Assembly (NCBI GenBank): GCA_029547025.1
Contig: JAKPQA010000085.1
Span: 6,585 to 70,584, forward strand
DNA length: 64,000 nucleotides
Source: Armatimonadota bacterium
GTDB lineage: Bacteria > Armatimonadota > Zipacnadia > UBA1398 > JAKPQA01
Direction of reading: 5' to 3'
Shown: positions 9,175-20,857 of the stretch, one piece after another
Layout: each line of letters starts with the position of its first letter
Position numbering within the stretch: the first letter of the stretch is position 1
Program-made: the position numbers and the translations under genes
Notes under the pieces: generated by a model
What the model saw: the letters and a program-made list of their open reading frames with translations, nothing else
Told to the model about the DNA's origin: nothing
Databases searched by the model: none

Positions 9175-10710
9175 ATGGGCATCGTCGGCGTATGCGCGGC
9201 GGGAGTCGTCTTGCTTTGGCTGGCTCCCGGTGCTCCGGGGCAGACGCCCGGCGAGAGAGAAGGAGACACGACCATGGCGGCGCGGACGACGAACTCGAAC
9301 CCCATCGACATTGGCTCGCGGCTCGAGCTGTTCGTGGACCGCTATCTGATCGACACGATGGACCCAAGGCTGTCGCTGGAACTTCATCCGCCCACGCCGC
9401 GCGAGATCGTGATGGTTCACGATGCGCCCTGGGAAGGCAGCGGCACGGGCTACTTCGACGTGTTCCGGGATGGCGACACCATCCGCATGTACTACATCGG
9501 GTATGGGCTGACGAACGAGGACGGCACCGTCATGTCCACTCGCCCCGTGTGCGCCTGCTACATGGAGAGCACCGACGGCATCCACTGGACGAAGCCCGAT
9601 CTCGGGCTCATCGACTTCGCCGGAACCACCCACAACAATGTGGTGTGGATCCGCGAGAGCGCCGACAACTTCGTTGTCTTCAAGGACACGAACCCCAACT
9701 GCCGGCCCGGCGAGGAGTACAAAGCCACGGCATCGGGCCCCGGCGGCCTGTGGGCCTACAAGTCGTCCGACGGCCTGCGCTGGTCGCCGCTGCAGGATGC
9801 GCCCATCATCACCAAGGGCGCCTTCGATAGCCAGAACCTGGCGTTCTGGGACCCCCTGCGCGGGCACTATTGGTGCTACTTCCGCGACTTCCACGACGGC
9901 CTGCGCGACATTCGGGTGGCCACGTCGGCCGATTTCCTCACGTGGTCCGAGCCCGAGATGCTGGCCTATGAGGACTCGCCCGACGAGCAGCTCTACACCA
10001 ACCAGATCATGCCCTATCCGCGGGCGCCGCACATCTTCGTGGGCTTCCCGACGCGGTATGTGGAGCGCGCGTGGTCGGACTCGTTCCTCCCGTTGCCCGA
10101 CCTGCAGCACCGGCAGAACCGGATGAAGATCGCGCCCCGCTACGGCACCGCCATCACCGATGGGCTGTTCATGTCCAGCCGCGACGGCCGCACCTTCCGC
10201 CGCTGGGGCGAGGCGTTCATCCGGCCGGGGCCCGAACGGAAGGACAACTGGCTCTATGGCGACGGCTACCAGTGCCTGGGGATGATCGAGACTCCGGCCG
10301 AGGACCCCACGGCTCCGCCCGAGCTGTCGGTCTACTGCGGCGAGAACTCGTGGAAGACTCCGGTCCGATTGCGGCGCTACACGCTCCGAGTGGATGGGTT
10401 CGTGTCGGTGAATGCACCGCTCGCGGGCGGCGAGATGGCCACGAAGCCCTTGACCTTCACCGGCAAGGAGCTGGTGCTGAACATGGCCACCTCGGCCGCG
10501 GGGAGCATCCGCGTGGAGGTGCAGGGCGCGGACGGCAAGGCGGTGGAGGGCTTCTCGCTGGCCGACTGCGACGAGGTGTTCGGCGACTCACTGGAACGTG
10601 TCGTCACGTGGAAGGGCCGCTCAGACCTGAGTGCACTGGCCGGACGGCCCATCCGGCTGAGGTTCGCGCTGAGCGATGCGGACCTCTACGCGCTGCGGTT
10701 TCGAGAGTAG
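9175..10710 (+). CDS. Putative beta-propeller glycoside hydrolase (GH32/43/130-clan-like); start at 9175 (signal peptide) or 9274 (AAGGAG RBS)
   Basis: Asp-box-like repeats STDGIHW, SSDGLRW, SADFLTW, SRDGRTF. AFDSQN motif. C-terminal beta-sandwich ending IRLRFALSDADLYALRF. Confidence 0.7.
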   Translation: MGIVGVCAAGVVLLWLAPGAPGQTPGEREGDTTMAARTTNSNPIDIGSRLELFVDRYLIDTMDPRLSLELHPPTPREIVMVHDAPWEGSGTGYFDVFRDGDTIRMYYIGYGLTNEDGTVMSTRPVCACYMESTDGIHWTKPDLGLIDFAGTTHNNVVWIRESADNFVVFKDTNPNCRPGEEYKATASGPGGLWAYKSSDGLRWSPLQDAPIITKGAFDSQNLAFWDPLRGHYWCYFRDFHDGLRDIRVATSADFLTWSEPEMLAYEDSPDEQLYTNQIMPYPRAPHIFVGFPTRYVERAWSDSFLPLPDLQHRQNRMKIAPRYGTAITDGLFMSSRDGRTFRRWGEAFIRPGPERKDNWLYGDGYQCLGMIETPAEDPTAPPELSVYCGENSWKTPVRLRRYTLRVDGFVSVNAPLAGGEMATKPLTFTGKELVLNMATSAAGSIRVEVQGADGKAVEGFSLADCDEVFGDSLERVVTWKGRSDLSALAGRPIRLRFALSDADLYALRFRE

Positions 10711-10855
10711 TGCGGCTCCGTCCGCCGGGGCGGGCCAGCCGCACGGGGGGCCTGTCTCGCTCACTGCCCCGCCTCCGACGCCCCTGACGGCGTTCCGGCG
10801 GGCTCGGCATGCCGGGGGCCACGACCCCATCAGTGTTCATAGGGAGGCCGGATCG

Positions 10856-13800
10856 ATGGCCGGGGCGCTCGTAATGGTCGCGATGGCCGCAACGTACGTG
10901 GCGGCCCCAGCGGCGATGCGCGTCGACGTGGATGTCGACCACCCGGTTCAGCCGGGGCCGAACCTGATCGCGAACGGCGGGTTCGAGGACGTCGAGGGTG
11001 GCCAGCCCGTCGGGTGGCAGTGGAGCCCCCGCAACACGGACGCCACCTTCGCGTTGGTGGAGCCCGGCCGGCGCGGCGGGAAGTGTGTCCGCATCCGCAA
11101 TACGACGCCCTTGAGCCCACACGTGTACGGACAGCTCGTGCTCTCCGAGCCGGTGCCTCTTGCACCGGGCGAGACGTACGTGTTGAGTGGCTACTCGCAG
11201 TCCATCGACCCGGGCCCGGCGTGGGTCGGAGGCGGCGACGGCTGGTGGATGCGTATCCCGCTGGCCGGCACGGCGGGTCGATGGCGACGGTTCAGCCGGA
11301 CGTTCGTGGCGCGCGAAGGCGACGTCCGGTTCGCGCTGATGATCAACACCGACGGGCCCACCGAGGGGTTCCTGGTGGACGACGTCAAGCTCGAGCTCGG
11401 GAGCACCCCTACGCCCGTGGTGCGCGATGACGCGGACACCTCCCTCACGGCCGATCTGGACTTCGAGAGCCCGGTGGATGTGCCGGGCGACGAGTGGTCG
11501 TTCTCCGTGCTGCTCTCGGCGCCGTCGGCCGCGCCGGACTGCGTGGTGCGCTGCGAGGCCCGAGACGAGGGCGGCACGCTCATCGCCGTGGGCGAGAGCC
11601 CAGCCGACCTGCGCGCCGGGGTCACGGCGGCGCACGTGACGTGTCCTCTGGCGGGGATGGCGAATGTCACGGGAATGCTGTCGGTCTCGCTGACCGCTGG
11701 CGACGGCCGCTCGGCGAGCGACGAGGCACCGGTGGCGGTCTATACGCGGGCCGGGTTCCGCGAACGCTTCGCACGAGTCGCGCCGGCCGTCGAGGCTCTC
11801 CGCGCGGCCGTGACGCGCGCCCGGAATGCCGGGCGAAACGTGGCGTACCCCATTGCGGCGCTGCAAGTGGCGGATCGGTTCGGCCCGGTCGTCGAAGCGA
11901 CGGCAGATGCCGGGAACGTGCGTCTGGCCCAGGTCTATTCCGACGACCTGGTCCGCATCTGCGAGACGGCGACCCGCCAGGTTGCGGGGATCGAACAGGG
12001 CGCGCCCGATCCGTCTGTCCCCGATCCTCCCATGGGGAGGCTCCGGATCCGCGGCCGGAACCTCGAGGCGGACGGGGTGGTCGTGAACCTGGTGGGCCCG
12101 CTCGGATACGGCGAGCTCTATGACGAGCTGGACACCGTGCGCAACTACGGGTTCAACGTCGTCGGCGATGACTTCGACGCTTTCGCCTCGCTGTCGATGG
12201 TGACGGGACCCGACACGATCGATGAGACGGCCGTCCCCCGGCTTCGTGCGAACTGGGACCGCCTCCACGCGCTCAACCTGGCCATCAGCTTCAACCCGAC
12301 ACTGCACTACTTCCCCGAGTGGGCCATCACGCGCTACCCGGATATCACCGGCGGGGATCCGGTGGACCGCGTGCCCGACTGGAGCGGGCTGGGGCAGGAC
12401 CGCGGGCAACGGACCAAGGTCTACGGCGGGTTCTTCCCCTTCGCCATCGAGTCACCGACCGTGAAGCACCTGGTCGAGCGGTACTACGCGGCACTGTTGC
12501 CGGGCATCAGGGACCACGAGAGCTTCCACCTGTACTGGCTGATGAACGAGCCCACCTATCGCAGCGACGATCCCGAGTACCGGAGCGCCTATCATCGCTT
12601 CCTGCGGGAGAAGTACGGTGAGGTCTCCGCCCTCAACGAACGATGGGGCACCGGCTTCGAGTCGTTCGACGCCATCCCTCCGGCGCGGGAACCCGCGGAC
12701 CCGGGGCGCTATGACTTCATGACCTTCCACCGCGCGCATGTGGCCGACTGGTTCACGATGCTGGCCACCGAGGTGCGGCGGCACGACCCGGCGGCCATTC
12801 TGTCGAACAAGCCCATGGCCTGGACCATCATGCAGCCCGATGACGGAATCGACTTCGAACGCCAGGCAGAGATCCTCGACATACCGGGCTGCGACGCGGG
12901 CCGGTCGCCCGGATCCAGCGAGTATGCCTTCGCATGGGATGGCGCCACGTTCCTGTTCGACTTCTACAGCTCGGTGGCGCCCGACAAGCCGCAGGCGGAT
13001 TTGGAGTACCACTATGTCCACGAGCCCGAGGTCGCGGCCGAGTACGTGCGGGCTTCGTACTGGCAGTCGTACCTCCATGGGCTACGTGTCAGCACCTTCT
13101 GGGTATGGGCGCGCGGCCAACTGGGCAGCGGCGAGGCCGGAGCCGGCATGACCCACACAGCGTGGAGCCAGCCGAACGTGGGGTGGGGGACCGCCAGCGC
13201 CGCCCTGGATTTGCGGCGCCTGTCGTGGGCCATCGCCCAGTTCCCGCCGCCCGCCGAGGTCGCGCTCTACTTCTGCACCCCATCACTCTATTTGGGCGGC
13301 GGCGAGTACCAGTCGGCCATGAGCAACGCCTACCGGGGCCTGTTCTTCCTCGATGCCCCCGTCGGGTTCGTTACGGACAAGATGCTTGCGGAGGGGCGAG
13401 CAGACGGACTCAAAGTGGTGGTGCTCCCCGCGTGCCGGTGGGTCGAGCGGGAGTCCCTGGACCGCCTCCGCGCCCTGGCGGCCCGAGGCGTGAGGCTGGT
13501 CACCCTCGGCGACGGGCCGACCTTCGATGAGTACCGCCACCCGCACCCTGCCGGCAGCCTCCTGCCCGCAGATGAGGTGACGAGCGTGCGCCCCGGCCCG
13601 CCCGGCGACATCCGCCGGCAGATGGCGCCCATCCTCGACCGCGCGCAGGTCCGCCGCCCCATCCGATGCTTCCGAGCGGACGGCGAGACGCCCGAGGCCG
13701 TTGAGTGCCGGAGTGTGGTCCACGGGGACGGTGTGCTCTGCAGCCTGCTGAACCTCGGCAAAGCTCCGGTGCGGATTCGCCTCGAGCACCATGGCGAGAC

Positions 13801-13909
13801 CGTGCGTTCGTGGAAGGACCTGATCAGCGACCGGGAGTCCGATTCCGGGTGGATGGAGTTGCGGCCCAGCGACCCGCGACTGCTGTGGATCGCCGCCGAT
13901 CGGACCTAG
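10856..13909 (+). CDS. Secreted GH42-like beta-galactosidase-type hydrolase with an N-terminal CBM4/9-like domain
   Basis: NLIANGGFE...VDDVKL CBM pattern, LMNEP acid/base motif, FLREKYGEVSALNERWGT GH42-type segment, C-terminal trimerisation-like domain. GGGAGG RBS. Confidence 0.75.
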   Translation: MAGALVMVAMAATYVAAPAAMRVDVDVDHPVQPGPNLIANGGFEDVEGGQPVGWQWSPRNTDATFALVEPGRRGGKCVRIRNTTPLSPHVYGQLVLSEPVPLAPGETYVLSGYSQSIDPGPAWVGGGDGWWMRIPLAGTAGRWRRFSRTFVAREGDVRFALMINTDGPTEGFLVDDVKLELGSTPTPVVRDDADTSLTADLDFESPVDVPGDEWSFSVLLSAPSAAPDCVVRCEARDEGGTLIAVGESPADLRAGVTAAHVTCPLAGMANVTGMLSVSLTAGDGRSASDEAPVAVYTRAGFRERFARVAPAVEALRAAVTRARNAGRNVAYPIAALQVADRFGPVVEATADAGNVRLAQVYSDDLVRICETATRQVAGIEQGAPDPSVPDPPMGRLRIRGRNLEADGVVVNLVGPLGYGELYDELDTVRNYGFNVVGDDFDAFASLSMVTGPDTIDETAVPRLRANWDRLHALNLAISFNPTLHYFPEWAITRYPDITGGDPVDRVPDWSGLGQDRGQRTKVYGGFFPFAIESPTVKHLVERYYAALLPGIRDHESFHLYWLMNEPTYRSDDPEYRSAYHRFLREKYGEVSALNERWGTGFESFDAIPPAREPADPGRYDFMTFHRAHVADWFTMLATEVRRHDPAAILSNKPMAWTIMQPDDGIDFERQAEILDIPGCDAGRSPGSSEYAFAWDGATFLFDFYSSVAPDKPQADLEYHYVHEPEVAAEYVRASYWQSYLHGLRVSTFWVWARGQLGSGEAGAGMTHTAWSQPNVGWGTASAALDLRRLSWAIAQFPPPAEVALYFCTPSLYLGGGEYQSAMSNAYRGLFFLDAPVGFVTDKMLAEGRADGLKVVVLPACRWVERESLDRLRALAARGVRLVTLGDGPTFDEYRHPHPAGSLLPADEVTSVRPGPPGDIRRQMAPILDRAQVRRPIRCFRADGETPEAVECRSVVHGDGVLCSLLNLGKAPVRIRLEHHGETVRSWKDLISDRESDSGWMELRPSDPRLLWIAADRT

Positions 13910-13914
13910 GAAGC

Positions 13915-13943
13915 CGCCGCGCATCGGGGACAGGTGCGCGGCG
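13915..13943 (+). terminator. GC-rich hairpin downstream of the GH42-like gene (possible terminator, no U-tract)
   Basis: CGCCGCGCAT ... GTGCGCGGCG stem just after the stop at 13909. Confidence 0.35.
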
Positions 13944-13963
13944 TGGTGGACAGGCGAATGCCT

Positions 13964-13981
13964 TTGTGATATCTTTCACAA
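13964..13981. promoter_or_regulatory. Rex-type (or CRP/FNR-family) operator palindrome upstream of the hydrogenase operon
   Basis: TTGTGATATCTTTCACAA is one mismatch from the Rex consensus TTGTGAA-N4-TTCACAA and an exact TGTGA-N6-TCACA. It is an AT-rich island in GC-rich DNA about 80-95 bp before hydA. Confidence 0.75.
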
Positions 13982-14074
13982 GGCGCGAGGCGCAACCACG
14001 CATCACCCGATCTGCCACTCCTCGTCTGCCTGAACCGCCGATCTTCCGCACTCTAGTGCATGGGTGGGAACACT

Positions 14075-15847
14075 GTGGGAAATGTAGAACTAACGATTAA
14101 TGGCGTCAGGGTAGAGGCTGACAGCGGCTCGACCATCATGGACGCGGCCGACAAGGCGGGGATCCACATCCCACGGCTGTGCCATCACCCCCGGCTGTCC
14201 ATGCAGGGGGCATGCCGCGTCTGCATCGTCGAGGTGGAGGGGGTTCGGAACACCGTCGCTTCTTGCTGTTACCCGGTCCGGGACGGCATGGTGGTCCGCA
14301 CCCACACCCCCGAGATTCAGCGGCTGCGCCGCGACATCGTCGAGCTGCTGCTGGACAACCATCCCTCGGACTGTAACACGTGCGAGCGGAACGGCAACTG
14401 CGAGCTGCAGCGCCTGGCGTCGGCCATGGGCATCCGCGAGCGGCTGTTCGCGGGCGAGCGCAAGCGGTATGAGAAGGACCTCTCCAGCCCGTCGGTGATC
14501 CGGGACCCCGAGAAGTGCATCCTCTGTGGCCGGTGTATCCGCGTGTGCGGCGAGATCCAGGAGGACGCGGCCCTCAGCCAGGTCTACCGCGGCTTCGACA
14601 CGGTGGTCATGCCCGCGCACAACGCGGGGTTCATGGAGACCGTGTGTGTCTCGTGCGGGCAGTGCATCAACGTGTGCCCGACGGCGGCGTTCCTCGAAAA
14701 GGACGCCACGGCACCCTTCATGAAGGCCATCGCCGACCCAGACACCATCGTGGTGAGCCAGATGGCTCCATCGGTGCGAGCCGCCATCGGCGAGTGCTTC
14801 GGGCTCCAGCCGGGCAGAGCGTGGGAGGGACAGTGCTTCGCCGCCCAGCGCGCTCTGGGTATCGACTACGTGTTCGACACCCAGTTCAGTGCCGATCTCA
14901 CCATCATGGAAGAGGCGGCGGAGTTCGTGGCGAAGGTGAAGGCGGGTGGCCCGCTTCCCAACATCACGTCCTGCTGTCCCACCTGGGTGAAGTACGCCGA
15001 GCACTTCCACCCCGACATGCTCAAGTACCTCTCGTCGGCCAAGTCGCCCATGAGCATGCAGGGAGCCCTGGTGAAGACCTACTGGGCCGAGAAGATGGGC
15101 GTGGACCCCGACCGGATCTTCTCCGTAGCCATCATGTGCTGCACGTGCAAGAAGTTCGAGGCCACCCGCCCCGAACTGCATGTGGATGGCCGAGCCGCGG
15201 TGGACGCGGTACTCACCACACGCGAGTTCGGGTGGCTGATCAAGCACATGGGTATCGACTTCTTCAACTTGCCCGAGGAGGAGCCGGACAGTCCGTTGGG
15301 CAGCTCCACCGGAGCGGGCGTCATCTTTGGGGCCACCGGTGGCGTCACCGAGGCCGCGCTGCGCACGGCCTACTGGATGCTCTTCGACAAGGACCTGCCC
15401 AAAGAGGCCATCGAGTTCAAAGCGGTGCGGGGCATGGAAGGCGTCCGCGTGGCCACGGTGGACTTCGAGGGCCTGAAGGTCAAGGCAGCGGTGGCGCACG
15501 GTCTCGCCAACGCGAACCGGGTTCTCGACCGTCTCCGGGGCGGGGAGGAGTTCCACTGGATCGAGGTCATGGGGTGTCCGGGTGGGTGTATCGGCGGTGG
15601 CGGGCAGCCGTACGCGGGCGCGTACGCGGTGCCGCTGGATGAGGCCATGCTCCTGTGCCGTTCTTGCGCCCTCTATGACCTGGACGCGGCCCGGACGCTT
15701 CGCCTGTCCCATGCCAACCCGGACATCCAGGGCCTGTACCGCGACTATCTGGACAAACCGATGAGTCACCGAGCGCACGAACTGTTGCACACCCATTACT
15801 ATGCACGTGTGCCGTTCGGCATCCGTCCCCAGGAGGCACAGCTCTGA
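14075..15847 (+). CDS. hydA: [FeFe]-hydrogenase group A catalytic subunit (HydA/HndD-like); start GTG 14075 or ATG 14060
   Basis: 2Fe-2S domain (PRLC...GACRVC...ASC), His-ligated cluster HPSDCNTCERNGNC, two ferredoxin motifs (CILCGRC, CVSCGQCINVCP), H-cluster L1 TSCCPTW, L2 MCCTCKKFE, L3 EVMGCPGGCIGGGGQP, C-terminal HELLHTHY. Confidence 0.95.
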   Translation: MGNVELTINGVRVEADSGSTIMDAADKAGIHIPRLCHHPRLSMQGACRVCIVEVEGVRNTVASCCYPVRDGMVVRTHTPEIQRLRRDIVELLLDNHPSDCNTCERNGNCELQRLASAMGIRERLFAGERKRYEKDLSSPSVIRDPEKCILCGRCIRVCGEIQEDAALSQVYRGFDTVVMPAHNAGFMETVCVSCGQCINVCPTAAFLEKDATAPFMKAIADPDTIVVSQMAPSVRAAIGECFGLQPGRAWEGQCFAAQRALGIDYVFDTQFSADLTIMEEAAEFVAKVKAGGPLPNITSCCPTWVKYAEHFHPDMLKYLSSAKSPMSMQGALVKTYWAEKMGVDPDRIFSVAIMCCTCKKFEATRPELHVDGRAAVDAVLTTREFGWLIKHMGIDFFNLPEEEPDSPLGSSTGAGVIFGATGGVTEAALRTAYWMLFDKDLPKEAIEFKAVRGMEGVRVATVDFEGLKVKAAVAHGLANANRVLDRLRGGEEFHWIEVMGCPGGCIGGGGQPYAGAYAVPLDEAMLLCRSCALYDLDAARTLRLSHANPDIQGLYRDYLDKPMSHRAHELLHTHYYARVPFGIRPQEAQL

Positions 15848-16386
15848 TGGCGTACCGACGCGAGGTTCTGGACACACCCGACTGGTGGCGAGAGCTTGAC
15901 GAGTACATCAACGACCAGCGCGAGAAGAACCGAGGCCACGTACAGAGCGCCCTGATCCCGGTTCTGCACCACGTGCAGGACCGGTATGGGTTCATCCCCG
16001 ACAAAGCGATCAACCACGTGGCCCAGGCGCTGGGTGTACCCACCTCATACGTGTGTGGGGTGGCCAGCTTCTATTCCTACTTCTCGCTGACGCCCAAGGG
16101 GTCATTCACCGTCGCCGTCTGTCTGGGTACCGCTTGCTACGTTCAGGGCAGCCAGGCGGTGGTGGATGAGTTCAGCCGCCGTCTGGGGATCCGGCCGGGT
16201 GAGACCACCGCGGACGGCCTCTTCACCCTGGTCGAGGCCCGTTGTCTGGGCGCGTGTGGCCAAGCGCCGGTTGTGATGGTGAACGATGAGGTCCATGCCG
16301 CCGTCACGCCCGAGCAGGTGCCGAACATCATCGCGCACTACACGGCTCTCGCCCCACGGGAGCCCGCGTCTTCGAACATGGCCTGA
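15847..16386 (+). CDS. hydC: Hydrogenase gamma subunit, NuoE-like thioredoxin-fold [2Fe-2S] protein (HydC/HndA-like)
   Basis: LIPVLHHVQDRYGFI, VASFYSYF, CLGTAC and CLGAC motifs. TGATG overlap with hydA. Confidence 0.93.
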   Translation: MAYRREVLDTPDWWRELDEYINDQREKNRGHVQSALIPVLHHVQDRYGFIPDKAINHVAQALGVPTSYVCGVASFYSYFSLTPKGSFTVAVCLGTACYVQGSQAVVDEFSRRLGIRPGETTADGLFTLVEARCLGACGQAPVVMVNDEVHAAVTPEQVPNIIAHYTALAPREPASSNMA

Positions 16387-16402
16387 GGGAGCCCCGGACC
16401 GC

Positions 16403-18421
16403 ATGCGCGACGTGCCCCTGCGTACCAAGTTGCTGGTGGCGATCATCTCGGTCGCCTCGGTGGGCGGAGTCCTCACGCTCCTTGCCGGAGGGTTCCTGCT
16501 CAACGCGCAGGTGATTCAGGAGGCCAACCGGCGAGTCGAACTGGCGCTCAAGACCGCGCGGTCGGCCCTCGAGACACGCCTGGCCGGGACGCGCACGGCG
16601 TGCTCCCTGCTCGCCGACGAGCTGGGGGCCATGAACGGAGGCCCGGAGTTGGCGTTGCCACCCGAGGGCCTGCTCGAAGGGCTGCGGGACAAGGCGGAGT
16701 TCGACTACCTGCATCTGATCGATGCTCGCGGCATCATACGGGCCACCGCACGAGGAAACGCAACGGGGCAAGCGGACAGCAGTCCGCTGGTCCAGGTCGC
16801 ACTGAAGGAAGGCCGTGCCGTCGACGGGTTCCGGATTGTGCCGTCCTCGTTCCTGGCTTCCGAGAGTCAGGAGCTGGCAGCGAAGTCGCACGTGCAGGTG
16901 ATCCCAACGCCCCGGGCCAAGGGCGACAAGCAGGTCGACTTGAGCGAAGCCATGGTTCTCGAGGCCGCCTCGCCAGTTGTGGTTGCTCCGGGCCGTGTCA
17001 TCGGCGTGGTGCGTGCGGGCATGGTGATCAACCGCAACTCGGACATGGTGGACCGGATTCGGAACACCGTGTTCACCGTCTCGACCTACAAGGGCAAGAA
17101 CTTCGGCACGGTGACCATCTTCCAGGATGACGTCCGGATCGCCACCAATGTGACCGGGCCCGACGGGAGCCGTGCCATCGGGACGCGGGTTTCGGCGGAG
17201 GTGTACGATCAGGTCCTGCGCGACGGGCGGACGTGGTTGGGGCCGGCATTCGTGGTGGGCAACTGGTACGTGAGCGCCTACGAGCCCATCCGCGACGTCC
17301 AGGGCCGGGTCGTGGGCATGCTCTACGCTGGAGTGCTCAAGGATCGCTACGACGACGCGCTCCGCGACGCCATGAGCATGCTGCTCGCCATCGTGATCCT
17401 GGTGACCACCGTGGGCGTTGTCATGTCCTTTTGGCTCTCCAGTCGTATCGCGGGGCCCGTGGTTGGACTCACCCAGGCGGCAGTCCGGGTGGCGCAGGGC
17501 GAGCTGGAGTACCGGCTCCCGGAGCCGGGCTCGGCCCAACGGGATGAGATCCGACAGCTGGTGACGGCCTTCAACCAGATGGTGACCGCCCTGCAGCAGC
17601 GGGATGCACAGTTGAGGGAGACGCTCGACGACCTTCGGAGCACGAGCGACGAACTCCGGCGGTGGAACCAGAACTATCTGGACACTCTGGAGTTCATTAC
17701 CCACGAGCTCAAGAACCAGGTCGCTGCCATGAAGGTCAACCTGCTGGCCGTCCGCGATGGCTACGTGGGTGAGCTCACCGAGGAGCAGTATGAGGCGCTC
17801 GACGATGTGAGCACGGCGATCAACCGGACAGAAGAGATGATTTTAAACTACTTGAACCTGTCCCGGATCGAGAAGGGCGAACTGGAGGTTCGCGCGCAGC
17901 CCGTGGCCATCTCCTCCGACATCCTGCGGCCCGTGCTGCGGGAGCTGAAGGGGCAGTTCGAGGAGAAGCGCATGACGGTCGAGGTGCACGTGCCCGACGA
18001 CATGGTGGTCCAGGCCGATCCGGCGCTGCTCCAGATCGTCTACGAGAACCTCTTGAGCAATGCGGCCAAGTACGGCCGCCAGGGTGGAACGGTTCGAATG
18101 ACCGGCCGGCGCATCAACGGTTGGGTCGAGCTCCACACATGGAATGAGGGACAGGGCGTCTCCGCCGAGCGCCTCGAGGAGTTGTTCCGGAAGTTCTCCA
18201 GACTCCAGCCCCCGGGACACCAGGAGCGGGGAACCGGGCTGGGGCTGTACATCACGCGGGAGATCGTCCGCAAGCACGGTGGGGAAATCAGGGCGGAGAG
18301 CCGCGAGGGCGAGTGGATCGACTTCATCTTCACGCTCCCCCGGCATGACATGCTCCTTGAGGAGTTCCCTGAGGACGTTGCCGATACTGCGGAGGCACTG
18401 CAAACAACGCTGATCCAGTGA
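16403..18421 (+). CDS. Membrane sensor histidine kinase with Cache and HAMP domains
   Basis: Two TM helices. Cache-type TIFQDDVRIATNV...RAIGT...YVSAYEPIRD...VGMLYAG, HAMP DEIRQLVTAFNQM, H-box ITHELKN, N-box NLLSNAAKY, G2 GTGLGL. Confidence 0.92.
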   Translation: MRDVPLRTKLLVAIISVASVGGVLTLLAGGFLLNAQVIQEANRRVELALKTARSALETRLAGTRTACSLLADELGAMNGGPELALPPEGLLEGLRDKAEFDYLHLIDARGIIRATARGNATGQADSSPLVQVALKEGRAVDGFRIVPSSFLASESQELAAKSHVQVIPTPRAKGDKQVDLSEAMVLEAASPVVVAPGRVIGVVRAGMVINRNSDMVDRIRNTVFTVSTYKGKNFGTVTIFQDDVRIATNVTGPDGSRAIGTRVSAEVYDQVLRDGRTWLGPAFVVGNWYVSAYEPIRDVQGRVVGMLYAGVLKDRYDDALRDAMSMLLAIVILVTTVGVVMSFWLSSRIAGPVVGLTQAAVRVAQGELEYRLPEPGSAQRDEIRQLVTAFNQMVTALQQRDAQLRETLDDLRSTSDELRRWNQNYLDTLEFITHELKNQVAAMKVNLLAVRDGYVGELTEEQYEALDDVSTAINRTEEMILNYLNLSRIEKGELEVRAQPVAISSDILRPVLRELKGQFEEKRMTVEVHVPDDMVVQADPALLQIVYENLLSNAAKYGRQGGTVRMTGRRINGWVELHTWNEGQGVSAERLEELFRKFSRLQPPGHQERGTGLGLYITREIVRKHGGEIRAESREGEWIDFIFTLPRHDMLLEEFPEDVADTAEALQTTLIQ

Positions 18422-18438
18422 GGGACGGGTGACCGATC

Positions 18439-18840
18439 ATGCCCGAGGGCCAGAAGGTCCTGATCATCGACGACGACGTGGACTTCACGGAAGCGAACCG
18501 CCTGGCTCTCGAGGCCAGCGGCTTTCGCGTCACGGTAGCGAACGACAGCAAGACCGGAGCGGAGTTGGCGGCCCAGTCGCCGCCGGATCTGGTCATCTGT
18601 GACCTGATGATGGAGCAGCTGTACTCGGGTTTCTCCGTGGTCCAGTCTCTGGCAGCGCACCACAAGACGAGCGCGGTGCCGATCATCATGGTCTCGGCCG
18701 TGACCACGAGCACGGGATTTCGCGTCGATGTGGATGGTAAGAAGCCCGAGTGGCTCAACGTCGTTGAGTTCGTGAACAAACCGATCGATCCAGTTCTGCT
18801 CGCGGCCAAAGTGGCGGCCGTGTTGGCAGCCAAGGCTTAG
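18439..18840 (+). CDS. Single-domain response regulator receiver (CheY-like)
   Basis: VLIIDDD, phospho-acceptor ICDLMM, VSA and KP motifs. No output domain. Confidence 0.92.
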   Translation: MPEGQKVLIIDDDVDFTEANRLALEASGFRVTVANDSKTGAELAAQSPPDLVICDLMMEQLYSGFSVVQSLAAHHKTSAVPIIMVSAVTTSTGFRVDVDGKKPEWLNVVEFVNKPIDPVLLAAKVAAVLAAKA

Positions 18841-18853
18841 GACGGATGGCGTG

Positions 18854-20746
<1,893 letters not shown>

Positions 20747-20857
20747 CGGCGAAGACCCGGGGCCGGCGCCGCGACTCGGGCTCAGCGGGGTGGGCGGCAT
20801 CGCCGGCCCCCGTGCCGAGAAGGGGGCGGCCCCCGGCCGGCCGAAGGTCCTTGGACT

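Noticed and set aside
14090..15877. 595-aa antisense ORF over hydA
   Set aside because: Shadow ORF produced by high-GC codon bias. The plus strand carries all the hydrogenase motifs.
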